Notes: a model not told the origin generated them from the sequence alone. DNA of 64,000 nt from an uncultured Collinsella sp. (GCA_905209765.1 CAJLUE010000004.1:985-64984); one strand, 5' to 3'. Shown: positions 9,350 to 20,316, counted from the first letter of the stretch. Made by a program: numbers and translations.

Positions 9350-11992
9350 CTACAGCGCGCCGGAACCGGCTTGCATCATGCCGCCGGGGCCCGAGGTCAC
9401 GCCGCCGCTCACGGGCGCGGCGTTGCCGGTGTGCGGTGCCGCCGGAGCGGTATCGCCACCGAGCGTGCCCGCCGGACGCGGTGCCGGGATCTCACCCGTG
9501 CCGTGGCTAAAGACAAACTTGCCATCGGTCACGTCGCACAGGACGGTATCGCCCTCGCCCCACGCGCCGGCCAGAAGCTCCTCGGACAGCGGGTCCTCGA
9601 TGAGCTTTTGGATGGCACGGCGCAGCGGACGCGCACCGTTGGTGAGGTCGGTGCCCTCGGCCACGATCTTGTCATAGGCCGCATCGGTGAGCTTGATGTT
9701 CATGCCGTTGGCAATCAAACGCTGACGCAGGTCGTCCACCAGCAGGTGCGCGATCTTGGTGAGATTCTCGCCCGAGAGCTTCTGGAACACCACGATGTCG
9801 TCGATACGGTTGAGCAGCTCGGGGCGGAACAGGCGCTTGAGCTCGCCCATCGCGCGACCACGGATCTCACTCGACGTGAGACCCTGCTCGCCGGTGGTGC
9901 CAAAGCCAACGCTCGCATCCTGCGCAATCTCGCGGGCGCCCACGTTGGACGTCATGATGATCACGGTGTTGCGGAAGTCAACCGTCTTGCCCTGGCTATC
10001 GGTCAGACGACCCTCCTCCAGCACCTGCAGCAGGATGTTGAAGATGTCGGGATGCGCCTTCTCGATCTCGTCGAACAGCACGACCGAGTACGGGTGGCGA
10101 CGAACGGCCTTGGTAAGCTGGCCACCCTCGTCGTGACCGACGTAACCAGGAGGGCTACCGATGAGCTTGGAGACCTCGAACTCGCTACCGAACTCGGACA
10201 TGTCGAAGCTGATGAGCGCATCCTTGCTGCCAAAGAGGTACTCGGCGAGCGTCTTGGCGAGCTCGGTCTTGCCCGTGCCGGTGGGACCCAGGAAGATAAA
10301 GCTGCCGCCGGGTCGACGCGGATCCTTGAGCGGCGAGCGGCTGCGGCGCACGGCCTTGGCAACTGCCTCGACAGCCTCATCCTGACCGATGATGCGCGTC
10401 TTGAGCACGCTTTCGGCCTGCAGCAGGCGACGACTCTCGCTCTCGGTAAGCGAGGACACCGGCACGCCCGAGGTCACGGACACGATATCGGCGATCTGAC
10501 TCACATCGATGGTGAGCGGGCTGGCGTCGAGCTCGGCGGTCCAGGCGGCCTTGGCCTCGGCGAGCTCAATCTCGGCGGCCTTCTGCTGCTCGGTGATCTC
10601 GGCGGCCTTGTTCATGTCGTCGCTCTCGGTGGCCTCCTGCGCGGCGGCCTTAAGCTCCTCCACGCGATGCTCGGCCTCACGCACCGGCTCGGGCGCGCGA
10701 TTCGCGGCGATGCGAGCGCGGGCACCGGCCTCGTCGATGAGGTCGATGGCCTTATCGGGCAGGAAGCGATCCTGTATGTAGCGGTTGGAAAGGTTCGCGG
10801 CAGCCTCGATAGCACCCTGCGTATAGCGCACATGGTGATGCTCCTCGTAGCGCGGCTTGAGCGCGGTCAGGATCTTGACCGTGTCCTCGACGCTCGGCTC
10901 CTCGACATCGATGGTCTGGAAGCGACGCTCGAAGGCCGGATCCTTGGTGAGGTACTTGCGGAATTCCTCGGCCGTGGTGGCGCCGATAATCTGGAAGGCA
11001 CCGCGCGCAAGCACGGGCTTGAGCATGGAGCTCGCGTCGATGGAACCCTCGGCAGAACCGGCACCGATGATGGTGTGCATCTCGTCGATAAACAGGATGA
11101 CGTCATCGGCTTCGGTGGCCTCCTGGATCACGTTCTTGAGGCGCTCCTCAAACTCGCCACGATACTTGGCACCCGCCACGAGGCCCGGCAGGTCGAGCGT
11201 CCAGATATTCTGGTTCATGAGGTTCTCGGGCACGTTGCCGGCTGCAATCTGCTGAGCCAAGCCCTCGACGATGGCCGTCTTGCCCACGCCGGGGTCGCCC
11301 AGAATGAGCGGGTTGTTCTTGGTGCGGCGCGAAAGAATTTCCATCATACGCTGGACTTCCTTTTCGCGACCAATTACAGGGTCGAGCTCGCCGTCGCGCG
11401 CCTTCTGTGTGAGGTTGGTCGCGAACTGCTTAAGCGTATCGGTACCACTCCCCTTTTGCTGAGAGGCATCCGAGCCGCTAAAGAACGGCAGGCCCGCACC
11501 GGGACGACCAGCACCGGCGCCGGCGAGCGGACGCTTCTTGTCCTGGTCCTTGGCGGTGAGTTTCTCGATAGCCTTTTTGATGGAGGCGGACGACACACCC
11601 AGGCGCATGAGGATGTCCATGGCCATGCCGTTGCCCTCTTCGACGATGCCGATCAGCAAGTGCTCGGTCGACACGTAGGTCTGGTTGTTCTCACGCGCCA
11701 CGCGGAACGAACGCTCCATCACACTAATGACGAGCGGCGTAAAGGCAAGCTTGGCCGCCTCGGTCTCCTCGCTGGGCTCGGGAACCGTGGTCTGGACCTC
11801 TTTGAGAGTATCCATGATGTCATCGTAGGAGATGTCGAGCGAACGCAGTGCCTCGGCGGCAATGCCCTCGTCCTCCTTGGCAAGCGCGAGCAGCAGGTGC
11901 TCGGTGCCCACCTTATTTGAATGAAGATCAAGCGCCTCTTGCTTGGCCATGGACATGACCTTACGCGCGCGATCGGTAAATCTATCTAACAT
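9350..11992 (-). CDS. clpC: ATP-dependent Clp protease ATP-binding subunit ClpC
   Basis: Two Clp-N repeats, GDPGVGKT and GPTGTGKT Walker A motifs, short M-domain, VGF ClpP-docking loop; start MLDRFT. Confidence 0.93.
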   Translation of the reverse strand: MLDRFTDRARKVMSMAKQEALDLHSNKVGTEHLLLALAKEDEGIAAEALRSLDISYDDIMDTLKEVQTTVPEPSEETEAAKLAFTPLVISVMERSFRVARENNQTYVSTEHLLIGIVEEGNGMAMDILMRLGVSSASIKKAIEKLTAKDQDKKRPLAGAGAGRPGAGLPFFSGSDASQQKGSGTDTLKQFATNLTQKARDGELDPVIGREKEVQRMMEILSRRTKNNPLILGDPGVGKTAIVEGLAQQIAAGNVPENLMNQNIWTLDLPGLVAGAKYRGEFEERLKNVIQEATEADDVILFIDEMHTIIGAGSAEGSIDASSMLKPVLARGAFQIIGATTAEEFRKYLTKDPAFERRFQTIDVEEPSVEDTVKILTALKPRYEEHHHVRYTQGAIEAAANLSNRYIQDRFLPDKAIDLIDEAGARARIAANRAPEPVREAEHRVEELKAAAQEATESDDMNKAAEITEQQKAAEIELAEAKAAWTAELDASPLTIDVSQIADIVSVTSGVPVSSLTESESRRLLQAESVLKTRIIGQDEAVEAVAKAVRRSRSPLKDPRRPGGSFIFLGPTGTGKTELAKTLAEYLFGSKDALISFDMSEFGSEFEVSKLIGSPPGYVGHDEGGQLTKAVRRHPYSVVLFDEIEKAHPDIFNILLQVLEEGRLTDSQGKTVDFRNTVIIMTSNVGAREIAQDASVGFGTTGEQGLTSSEIRGRAMGELKRLFRPELLNRIDDIVVFQKLSGENLTKIAHLLVDDLRQRLIANGMNIKLTDAAYDKIVAEGTDLTNGARPLRRAIQKLIEDPLSEELLAGAWGEGDTVLCDVTDGKFVFSHGTGEIPAPRPAGTLGGDTAPAAPHTGNAAPVSGGVTSGPGGMMQAGSGAL

Positions 11993-12183
11993 GCTCGTTT
12001 CCTTACATGAGTTCATCGAAATCAAAAGCCCGCCCGTCGGCGGCGCTTTTGTCTCTTTACCCACAGGTTGTCTATGTTAACAGCTGGAGGAATATCTATA
12101 AACCCGGCTCACATGAATGCAGGTTATGACCGCATCGCGGGACTCACCGCGCGATGCGCGACAGGCGCCCCGCAAGAGAAACC

Positions 12184-12873
12184 CTAGGCGTCTTTCACCA
12201 CGTCGGGACTCGTCGCACGCGATGCGCGATAGGCATCGGCCTCCTTGGAGACGCGTTCGAGCAGTTCGGATGTATCGACGCCCTCGACTTGCGCGACCGT
12301 TTCCACCGTCTGCATGGCGACCGCCCTCAGGTACGCGCACGCGCTGTCCCCCAGCCGCTCGAGGTCTATCTCCTCGCCGCCCTCCCGGGCAAAGCCGACC
12401 GCCATCACAAAGCCCATGATGCCCGAGACCAGAAAGCCCACCGCAAAGCTCGAATCTGCCTTGAGCTCTTCTCCGTCGGGGTGGACGATCTCTCTCACGC
12501 GGTCGATGATGATCGTATGGATGCCCTGCACGACCTGCTCGGCGGCACCCGCCCTCATGGTGATGACGATGCGCCGCAGCAGGCAGCGGACGTCGCGCCG
12601 GTCGAACGCCGAAAGGTCGCCCTCGCTCGAAAAATGCCAGAGGGCATCGGTGATGAGCTCGTTATCCTGCAGCAGCTGGGCTATGGCGATGGCGACGAGT
12701 TCATCGAAATCGTGAAAATAGTAGTAAAACGTTCCGCGATTGCACTGGGCGGCGCGGGTCACCTCGCCAACCGACAGCTCGAAGATGCTGTTGTTCTCGA
12801 TGAGCTCCCAAAACGCCTCGATGATACGGGTGCGTGCATCGGGCGCATCGGCGTCCTTACGCGGTCTCGCCAT
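12184..12873 (-). CDS. TetR/AcrR family transcriptional regulator
   Basis: RTRIIEAFWELIE...LSVGEVTRAAQCNRGTFYYYF N-terminal HTH; overlaps the 3' end of the upstream gene. Confidence 0.9.
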   Translation of the reverse strand: MARPRKDADAPDARTRIIEAFWELIENNSIFELSVGEVTRAAQCNRGTFYYYFHDFDELVAIAIAQLLQDNELITDALWHFSSEGDLSAFDRRDVRCLLRRIVITMRAGAAEQVVQGIHTIIIDRVREIVHPDGEELKADSSFAVGFLVSGIMGFVMAVGFAREGGEEIDLERLGDSACAYLRAVAMQTVETVAQVEGVDTSELLERVSKEADAYRASRATSPDVVKDA

Positions 12874-15800
12874 GCGCCTCACCGCACCCCTGCGCCTTGG
12901 CGTTCATGATGAGCATCTGAAGACGGTTCTCCACGTTGGCGAAGCTCACGTCGGGATCGTAGTCGAGCGGCAGGAACTGCGCCGTGGGATACTGCTCCTT
13001 GAGCGCATGGATGAGCCCGCGCCCCACGACATGGTTGGGCAGACACCCGAACGGCTGTAGGATCACGAAGTTGCGGCAGCCGCGCTTGGCGTGCTCGAGG
13101 ATCTCCGCCGGAATCAGCACGCCCTCGCCCGCATCGAACGTATGGTGCAGGATCTTATCGCTCGCGCGCACGAGCTCGGGCATGCGCGTCGGCGGCTCGT
13201 AGAGCGGGCTCGCCGCGCCCAGGCGGTCGCAACGGTCGTGCGCGAGCTCGAACAGGTTGTCCGCTGTGGCGTACCAGGCCTTTTCGGGCAGCGACAGGTC
13301 GACGTGGAACTCGCGCGACTGCGCATGCTTGTAGAAATAGGTCTTGCGGATCACGTCGGTCATGCGCGCCTCGATGACCTCGAGCCCGTTGTCCTCGAGG
13401 TAGCGCTCGATCTCGTGGTTGGCGCCGAGATGGAAATTGAGCAGGTACTCGCCCACGATGAGAACGGTCGGATGCGGGTTCGAGCGGTCGTACGGAACGG
13501 CGTCCATGATCGCAAGCGCGCGTTTGAAGCCCGTCGCCTGGCCTCTCAGCCCGGAGCGCTCCATGCCCTCGATAACCTCATCGAGCGCGCGGTCGAACGC
13601 AGCGTCCGCCGCGCCCTTCTCGAGCTCGTAGGGACGGATGCGCCTAAGCATGGCCTCGAGGGCATCGATCATGGGAAGACCGTAGGCGATCTGGATGCTC
13701 GGGCCAAGGCCGAGCTTGAAGCCCGGATGCGCATTGTGGGCATCGACGTCGTCGTTGGTGAGCACCGGGACATAGTCGTATCCCGCGTCGTCGAGCGCGC
13801 GGCGCAGCAGGGGCATGTAGTGCGTCAGGCGGCAGTCGCCGATATACTTGCCAGTCACCACGGCGACGTCGTGCGGGTCGTACTTACCGCTCTCGAGTGC
13901 CGCGAGCGCCTCGCCGATCACGATTTGCGCGGGGAAGCAGATGTCGTTGTGCACATAGCGTTTGCCCAGGCGGATGGCATCCTCGCGCCCGATATCAAGG
14001 GCCTCGGCGCGCACGCCCTGATTGCGCATCGCCGCGGTCATGAGCCTGCAGAACGCATGGGAGGTGTTGGGGACCAGCGCGATCTTGTCGTGCCGGTCGC
14101 GCTTGGTGTACTTGACCTTATACGGGTCGTCGAGCGGATGGACCGCGTGCACCCGGGCGCCCTCGGCACGCTCCTCCGCGCGACGACGGTTGACCGACTC
14201 GATAAACGAACGCACGCGAATGCCCATGGGACCGGCGACGTCGCTCTCATCGAGCTTGATCATCATCGGAACCTTGGAGCCCATCTCGCCCATCATGCGC
14301 GCGATCTCGTCGGTGAGATACGCATCGTGGCCGCAGCCGAAGCTGCCCATCTGCACGAGCTCGAGCTCGGGCGTCGATGCGACGATGACCGCGCACGACA
14401 GCATGCGCGCATGGTAGTTGTTCACGATGTCGATGCGGCTGTTGGAAAGATCGACGTTGCAGACCCCCGGCACCGCATCGGGCGTCAGCACGGGGATGCC
14501 GCGCTCAGAGAAGAGCTTGGGCAGCCCGTGGTTGACCAGCGGGTCGTTGTGGTACGGGCGCGAAGCGATCACCACCGCGTAGCCGCCGTCCTCGCGCACG
14601 TTCTCGAGCACCTGCCTGCCGCGCAGCTGCAGCTGGCTCTCAAACGTCTGCTGCGCGCGGTCCGCCTGCTCGGTCGCCTTGGCAACCAGGTCGGCATCGA
14701 TATCGAAGGTCTCCTTGCACCACGCCTTGAGCTGGCGGTTTCGGTCGCCCTCGTCGTACCAGTGGAACAGCGGCGTATCGAACGGAACGCCGAAACGTTC
14801 CTCCGGGTTATCGGAATTGCGCATCACGTAGGGGTATCCCTTTACGACGGCGCACATCCACTCGCTGGTAGAGGCGGTGTTTTCGGTGGGCACCGTCGTG
14901 ATGATGGGCATGAAGATGCGGTCGACGCCGGCGTCGACGAGATTGCGGATGTGCCCGTGGACGAGCTTGGCCGGGAAGCACACGGTGTCGGATGTGACGT
15001 GCGCCAGACCGCGCTCGTACATCGCCTTGGTGCTGCGTCCCGAGACGCGCACCTTAAAGCCGAGCGTGCTGAAGAACGTCGACCAGAACGGCATGGTGTC
15101 CCAGAACTCGAGCACACGGGGAATGCCGATCGTGACATCGCGCCCCCCGCAGACGGGAACCGTGGGGCACGACTCGAACAGCAGCTTCTCGCGGTCGACA
15201 AAGAGATTGGGGGCAGCCGCGGTCCGGTCGCGCCCCGTGCCGGGTGCCTGTGCTTCGCAAGCACCCTGCGGACGCAGCTCCTCCGCCGCGGGAACCTCGC
15301 GCACGAGCTCATCCCATGAGATGGCGCCGCCGCGCGGGCAGCGATTGCCCGTGACGTAAAGCGAGCCGTCGCCAAATGCCACGACCGCGCGCTGGCAGCG
15401 GTTGTTGCACCGACGGCAGGTAACGCCGCCGAACTCGCGATGCTCGAAGCGCTCCACGGCATCGAGCCCGATAAACGACGTGCCGGCGTCGCCCTTGCGG
15501 CATTCCTCGCGCGCGAGCAGGGCGATACCGATAGCGCCCATCAGCCCCGGGTGGGGCGCACGCGTGACGGGTTTGCCCAGATACTGCTCGAATGCGCGCA
15601 GCACCGCGTCGTTTCGGAACGTGCCGCCCTGGACGACGACTTTGTCGCCCAGACGGTTGAGATTTGAAACGCGAATGACCTTGGTGAACACGTTCTCGAT
15701 AATCGAACGGCAGAGACCGGCCATGATGTCGCCCGGACCCTTACCGCGCCGCTGCTCGGAAACGACGCTGCTGTTCATGAACACCGTGCAGCGGCTGCCG

Positions 15801-17296
15801 AGAACGGCGGGGGCTTTGGACGAAAATGCCTCGGTCGCGATATCCTCAACGGCTATTCCGAGGTTTTTGGCAAAACCCTCGAGGAACGAGCCGCAGCCCG
15901 CAGAGCACGCCTCGTTGACGACGATATCGGTCAGCACGCCGTGGTTGAGCCAGATGGCCTTCATATCCTGTCCGCCGATGTCGAGCACGAAGGTCGCATC
16001 GGGAACGCATGCGCACGCGGCGCGGGCGTGCGCGACCGTCTCGACCGTATGGTAGTCGGCGTGGAACGCGCGCGCGAAAAGCTCCTCGCCGTATCCCGTG
16101 GTGCCCACGGCATCGATCGCAAGCGTGACTCCCGCTGTCTCCCAGCGGTTCTTCAAGCTGACAAGACCCTGTTGGGCGACGTCGAGCGGTCTGCCGTTAT
16201 TAGACGCGTAGAACGAATCGACAAGCTCACCCGCCTCATCGACCAGGGCGAACTTGGTCGTCGTGCTCCCCGAATCGATACCGAGCGCCACACGCACCGT
16301 CTCTCCGGGCGCATACGCATCCGGACCCTTTGCCGGCGTCTCTTTGCCATGGCGTGCCGTAAAATCCTCCTGCTCGGCAGGTGTGGCAAAAAAGGGCTGG
16401 GCAAGACGTCCCTCCCCGCTTGCGGGCGCGACCGTCTCGAGCTTATCCAGCCAGACAAAAGCGTCGGGAAGGTCGATCGGTTGGGGCGATGCGAACATGT
16501 CGGTCAGCGACAGGGCGGCACCGCGCGCGACCATGATCTGCGGATCGCGCGGGACGATAACCTGATCGTCCGATAGATTCAGTTGCTCCCGGAACACGCG
16601 GACCAGCGTGGGGTTGTAGGCGAGCGTACCGCCCTCGAAGATTACCGGCGGCTCGATGTCGATACCCTGGGCCAGACCGCCGATCGTTTGGCGGGCGACC
16701 GCGTGAAGCGCCGAAAGCGCCAGGTCGGTGGTAGGAATGCCCTCGTTGAGCAGCGGCTGGATATCGGTCTTTGCGTACACGCCGCAGCGGCCCGAGACCT
16801 CGTGGACGGTCGTTCCCCGGCTTGCGAGCTGCTCGAACTCGCCCGATTCGGTGCCGACCCCCATGAGCTTTGCCATCTCGTCGATAAATGCACCGGTACC
16901 GCCTGCGCACGAGCCGTTCATGCGCATGTCGGCAACCTCGATGTCTCCCTTATCGTTGGTGCGGAAGAAGATCATCTTGGCGTCTTGGCCGCCCAGCTCG
17001 ATGGCGCAGCGCGTCTGCGGATAGAACCTGCTGATCGCGAGCGCGTTGGCGACCACCTCCTGAACGTACGAGGCGCCCAGCGCGGTCGCGATATCGCGCG
17101 CACCCGAGCCGGTCACCGCAACGCGCAGCGACTCATGGGGAAAGCGCTCGGCGAGCTCGCCGAGCATGGCGCGCACGCTCGCTGCCTGACACGCCCCGTG
17201 GCGGCGATATCCCCACCACGCCTCGGTCATATCCTCGTGCATCGCGTAAACTTTGGTCGTCGTCGACCCTACGTCCAGTCCTACTAGCAACGCCAT
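12857..17296 (-). CDS. Multidomain 2-hydroxyacyl-CoA dehydratase activator-related Fe-S protein (two BadF/BadG/BcrA/BcrD ATPase domains plus DUF2229/HgdAB-like domains)
   Basis: GLDVGSTTTK...ELGGQDAK...CAGGTG and GIDSGSTTTK...DIGGQDMK...CSAGCG; CxxCxNxC; CFPAKLVHGH; SFGCGHD; PFGCLPNH. Confidence 0.9.
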   Translation of the reverse strand: MALLVGLDVGSTTTKVYAMHEDMTEAWWGYRRHGACQAASVRAMLGELAERFPHESLRVAVTGSGARDIATALGASYVQEVVANALAISRFYPQTRCAIELGGQDAKMIFFRTNDKGDIEVADMRMNGSCAGGTGAFIDEMAKLMGVGTESGEFEQLASRGTTVHEVSGRCGVYAKTDIQPLLNEGIPTTDLALSALHAVARQTIGGLAQGIDIEPPVIFEGGTLAYNPTLVRVFREQLNLSDDQVIVPRDPQIMVARGAALSLTDMFASPQPIDLPDAFVWLDKLETVAPASGEGRLAQPFFATPAEQEDFTARHGKETPAKGPDAYAPGETVRVALGIDSGSTTTKFALVDEAGELVDSFYASNNGRPLDVAQQGLVSLKNRWETAGVTLAIDAVGTTGYGEELFARAFHADYHTVETVAHARAACACVPDATFVLDIGGQDMKAIWLNHGVLTDIVVNEACSAGCGSFLEGFAKNLGIAVEDIATEAFSSKAPAVLGSRCTVFMNSSVVSEQRRGKGPGDIMAGLCRSIIENVFTKVIRVSNLNRLGDKVVVQGGTFRNDAVLRAFEQYLGKPVTRAPHPGLMGAIGIALLAREECRKGDAGTSFIGLDAVERFEHREFGGVTCRRCNNRCQRAVVAFGDGSLYVTGNRCPRGGAISWDELVREVPAAEELRPQGACEAQAPGTGRDRTAAAPNLFVDREKLLFESCPTVPVCGGRDVTIGIPRVLEFWDTMPFWSTFFSTLGFKVRVSGRSTKAMYERGLAHVTSDTVCFPAKLVHGHIRNLVDAGVDRIFMPIITTVPTENTASTSEWMCAVVKGYPYVMRNSDNPEERFGVPFDTPLFHWYDEGDRNRQLKAWCKETFDIDADLVAKATEQADRAQQTFESQLQLRGRQVLENVREDGGYAVVIASRPYHNDPLVNHGLPKLFSERGIPVLTPDAVPGVCNVDLSNSRIDIVNNYHARMLSCAVIVASTPELELVQMGSFGCGHDAYLTDEIARMMGEMGSKVPMMIKLDESDVAGPMGIRVRSFIESVNRRRAEERAEGARVHAVHPLDDPYKVKYTKRDRHDKIALVPNTSHAFCRLMTAAMRNQGVRAEALDIGREDAIRLGKRYVHNDICFPAQIVIGEALAALESGKYDPHDVAVVTGKYIGDCRLTHYMPLLRRALDDAGYDYVPVLTNDDVDAHNAHPGFKLGLGPSIQIAYGLPMIDALEAMLRRIRPYELEKGAADAAFDRALDEVIEGMERSGLRGQATGFKRALAIMDAVPYDRSNPHPTVLIVGEYLLNFHLGANHEIERYLEDNGLEVIEARMTDVIRKTYFYKHAQSREFHVDLSLPEKAWYATADNLFELAHDRCDRLGAASPLYEPPTRMPELVRASDKILHHTFDAGEGVLIPAEILEHAKRGCRNFVILQPFGCLPNHVVGRGLIHALKEQYPTAQFLPLDYDPDVSFANVENRLQMLIMNAKAQGCGEAHGETA

Positions 17297-17345
17297 AATG
17301 CTCCGTCTCTCGCATTTTTCCTGCTAGAGATATACCACTCTACGT

Positions 17346-17366
17346 AATACAACAGACTGTTGTATT
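17346..17366. promoter_or_regulatory. Perfect palindrome, probable TetR operator
   Basis: aatacaacag-a-ctgttgtatt, 50 bp upstream of the 17296 start, in an AT-rich promoter region. Confidence 0.7.
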
Positions 17367-17576
17367 TAAACTCCGTATAAAAAGCGGCTGCCGAAACGCT
17401 TCAGCAGCCGCCGAATGCACCAACAGATTGTCTGCGCGCTAGCACGTCGGGCAACGGAGCAGCACGGGCCCTCAGGTCATGCGCACCGCTCGCGCCCGCG
17501 ATGTCGCCGAGCGAGCTATCCACGCTTAGGGCTCCAACCAAGCAAGTCGCCCGCGCTCAGCAGGTCCCTAAGCGAG

Positions 17577-18125
17577 CTACTCGCACTCAGAAGCCATAGC
17601 CTGCTCCAAGAGCTCGGCATGCTCCTCCTCGAAAACCGTCCCCACAGGGAAGGCGCGACGGAAGACGAAGCGGGAAATCGGACCGGCTACCAAAAGGTTC
17701 CACGGCAGCGCCATCACAAAATTATGCGGGATGTTGATCATCCCGATCGCGGGCACGGAATACAGGTTCGCAAGGATGCCGCCGGGCATGTGCGTCAGAC
17801 CCTCGCAGGCACCGTACAGCGACATGATGATGACCATGGGAACGACCATGCAGGAGCTGACGGCGAGCGTCATGGCAAGCGGCGAGCTCTTGCCCGGCGT
17901 GACCAAGTACTTAAAGGCGAAACCCTTGGCGAGCGGGCTGGCGACGAACCAGTCGCAGCACATGGCAAAAATGTAGGCAACGGGGAAGCCGAGCCACGCA
18001 GCGGCAACGACCTCGCCGTTGATGGCCCCGTGCTGCAGGGCAACGTTGTAGATGCTCATCCAGAGCACCATGCAAAAGCACATGATAAAGGTGAACAGCA
18101 GGCTCTCTCGTTTGTTGATAGGCAT
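17577..18125 (-). CDS. DUF2798-like membrane protein
   Basis: MPINKRESLLFTFIMCFCMV..MSIYN with an internally repeated second half (MVIIMSLYG, HNFVMALPWNLLVAGP). Confidence 0.7.
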   Translation of the reverse strand: MPINKRESLLFTFIMCFCMVLWMSIYNVALQHGAINGEVVAAAWLGFPVAYIFAMCCDWFVASPLAKGFAFKYLVTPGKSSPLAMTLAVSSCMVVPMVIIMSLYGACEGLTHMPGGILANLYSVPAIGMINIPHNFVMALPWNLLVAGPISRFVFRRAFPVGTVFEEEHAELLEQAMASECE

Positions 18126-18438
18126 AAAGGGCAGATTCCTCTCTGTGTTGTGCCGCGGCGCCACGCAACAAAAACGGGCGGGCAAGATGGAGCTGTTGGA
18201 ACTTCATCTCGCCCGCCCGTGGTACGCGCGTCTGCGACTACTTATGTGGTGGAACCAGCCTAGCACGAAACGCATGCGCTTCGTAAGCGTTGAGTTTATG
18301 AAGATGCAGGGCACCGATAATCCCCCGACCCCATAAGTTGCGGTGGAATACGGACTGTTTTGACCCTTTAAGCAGCAATTCAGTCCCTATTTCACCGCAA
18401 CTCATTTGGTGCAAAGTAACCTGTCCCCCTTGTACCAA

Positions 18439-20007
18439 TTAGCTGGTATGGCGCCAGCGGGGGTCGGTGAGAGTTCTCGCCACACCCAGCCCAACGGGCA
18501 GAAACGCTACGATGAGCACTGCACGCACAAACCAGCCGAGCATATTGACCGTGTCGAAGGTGCACATGTAATACATAGAGCGATAGAGATACAGACCGGG
18601 CACCATAATGACAATCGAAGGCACCGTGAGGGCGATGCGCGGGTAGGTGAGCTTGACTTCGGCCAAGCTTGCGAGCAGCCCCGATACCAGCGCGCCGATA
18701 AACGCTGCTGCCTCGGGAGGCATTCCCGTGCTGAGGCCCAGGAAGGGAATCATCGTCGGCGCATCGACAAGGGTCAGACGCAGGGTATTGGACACGGCGC
18801 CGATCAACCCAGCTGCCGCGGCCATCTTTACCGGGCTGTTGAACATCACCGAGAAGCCGAATACGCCAACGAAGCTCATCACCACGCGCAGGAGCGTAAG
18901 GGCAAGCGGCGAAAGGCCCAGTGGGGCAAAGTCGTCCGGCGCCAGGCCAACACACTCGGCAACCATCCAACCTACGAGGGTCGCCATCACAATAATCGAT
19001 ACGGCATATGAAAGGCGCTCGATACCGCTTCGCATGTCGAGCTTAGCGATGTCGAGGCCTGCCGTAATGAGCGGAAAGCCGGGAATCACAAAGAGCATGG
19101 CGCCGATATAGCCTTCTTGGTGCGACATTGCCCCCGGTATGACCTGGCCAAGGCCGAGCAATGCCAGCAGATACGAAACGCAAGCGAGCGCAACGCCGGT
19201 CGTCAGCGCGCTGAACTGACCAAGGCCCTGCTTGAGAATATGGGAGCGGGCAAAGTTGCCGACACCCGCGCCTACGAACGCGCATGCCATCTCAATAGGA
19301 CCGCCACCAAGTAAAAAGACAAAGGCGCCACAGGCGCAGGCCGCCGCAAGGCCCTGTTGCCAAGGCGCGTAATCAGGTTTTGAACTCTCAACGGTCTTGA
19401 GCATCTCGTGATACTCGTGCACCGTGAAGCGACGACCATAGGTCTCGATTTCCTTGAGGAAACTCTCCATCATCCAAATGCGATGGGTATTGACGCCCGT
19501 TGTGGGCAAGCTGACGACCTCATTAAAGCAGTGGCCATCTTCGATGCAGGTGCACTCAAACGATAGGAGACTCAGGTCGACATGGATGGTGACGCCGAGC
19601 ACGTCAGCAACACGATTCATGGTATCGCGCACGCGCCAGGCACCCGTTCCGCTCGCGAGCATAAGCATACCGGTGCGGCAGATGATGGATGATTTATCGG
19701 TGAGCGGCGCATCGACGGCAAGCTCATCGCCCGCCGTCACAATCTGGTGCCAGTCAGTTTTCATATGGAGCGCGCCGGCACGGACACCGTGGTGCATGGG
19801 GGCTCTCGAAAGCAGCGAGTCAAGGCGCGAAGGCTGTGAGGGCTCCGCCGATTCGCCCTCGTCCTCGCCGGGCTCTTCATCGACCAGATCAAAGGAATCA
19901 AGCGGCGCTGGCTCGCGACGGTCGATCAGCTCCTCGTCCTCATCATCAAAGTAATTGAACTGATCGAGCATGTCCTCTTCAATCGCGCGCTCGCTCGCAT
20001 CGTCCAT
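18439..20007 (-). CDS. Threonine/serine exporter (ThrE family, fused two-domain type)
   Basis: GMLMLASGTGAWRV, LFVIPGFPL, VIMVPG; about 10 TM segments; acidic N-terminal extension. Confidence 0.85.
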   Translation of the reverse strand: MDDASERAIEEDMLDQFNYFDDEDEELIDRREPAPLDSFDLVDEEPGEDEGESAEPSQPSRLDSLLSRAPMHHGVRAGALHMKTDWHQIVTAGDELAVDAPLTDKSSIICRTGMLMLASGTGAWRVRDTMNRVADVLGVTIHVDLSLLSFECTCIEDGHCFNEVVSLPTTGVNTHRIWMMESFLKEIETYGRRFTVHEYHEMLKTVESSKPDYAPWQQGLAAACACGAFVFLLGGGPIEMACAFVGAGVGNFARSHILKQGLGQFSALTTGVALACVSYLLALLGLGQVIPGAMSHQEGYIGAMLFVIPGFPLITAGLDIAKLDMRSGIERLSYAVSIIVMATLVGWMVAECVGLAPDDFAPLGLSPLALTLLRVVMSFVGVFGFSVMFNSPVKMAAAAGLIGAVSNTLRLTLVDAPTMIPFLGLSTGMPPEAAAFIGALVSGLLASLAEVKLTYPRIALTVPSIVIMVPGLYLYRSMYYMCTFDTVNMLGWFVRAVLIVAFLPVGLGVARTLTDPRWRHTS

Positions 20008-20112
20008 ACAGGCACTCCCTTCCTACCGACTAACCCCATCCTAGACAGCGACGGCTAAAGGAAACATAAAAGAGACGGCTGTCATGCGAACCATGTTCGC
20101 AATAGCCATTGG

Positions 20113-20170
20113 GTAGTCATTGGGGACGTTCTTGAATGACTAGTCGTTTAAGAACGTCCCCAATGACTAC
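20113..20170. repeat. 58-bp REP-like palindrome beginning with GTAG
   Basis: Perfect 21-bp arms gtagtcattggggacgttctt / aagaacgtccccaatgactac. Confidence 0.85.
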
Positions 20171-20204
20171 TCCGACAACGTCGATGTATTGGCAACGCCA
20201 GCGA

Positions 20205-20303
20205 GCGGGCCGCATTTGAGACAAGGTGACGTGAAACGAAAGGGCGCTGACCTTCTGGTCGCGCCCTTGAAGTTGAACGTCAGATTGTCCAAATGCGGCC
20301 CGC
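20205..20303. repeat. Long imperfect hairpin element
   Basis: gcgggccgcatttg / caaatgcggcccgc outer arms; inner aagggcgc / gcgccctt. Confidence 0.75.
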
Positions 20304-20316
20304 GCAGCGTCGAGCC

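Noticed and set aside
9323..11920. Long antisense ORFs over clpC; similar ones over pepD, lysS, argBJ, groEL, the 1479-aa gene and DUF6020
   Set aside because: Shadow ORFs expected from high GC3 codon bias; no recognisable motifs.
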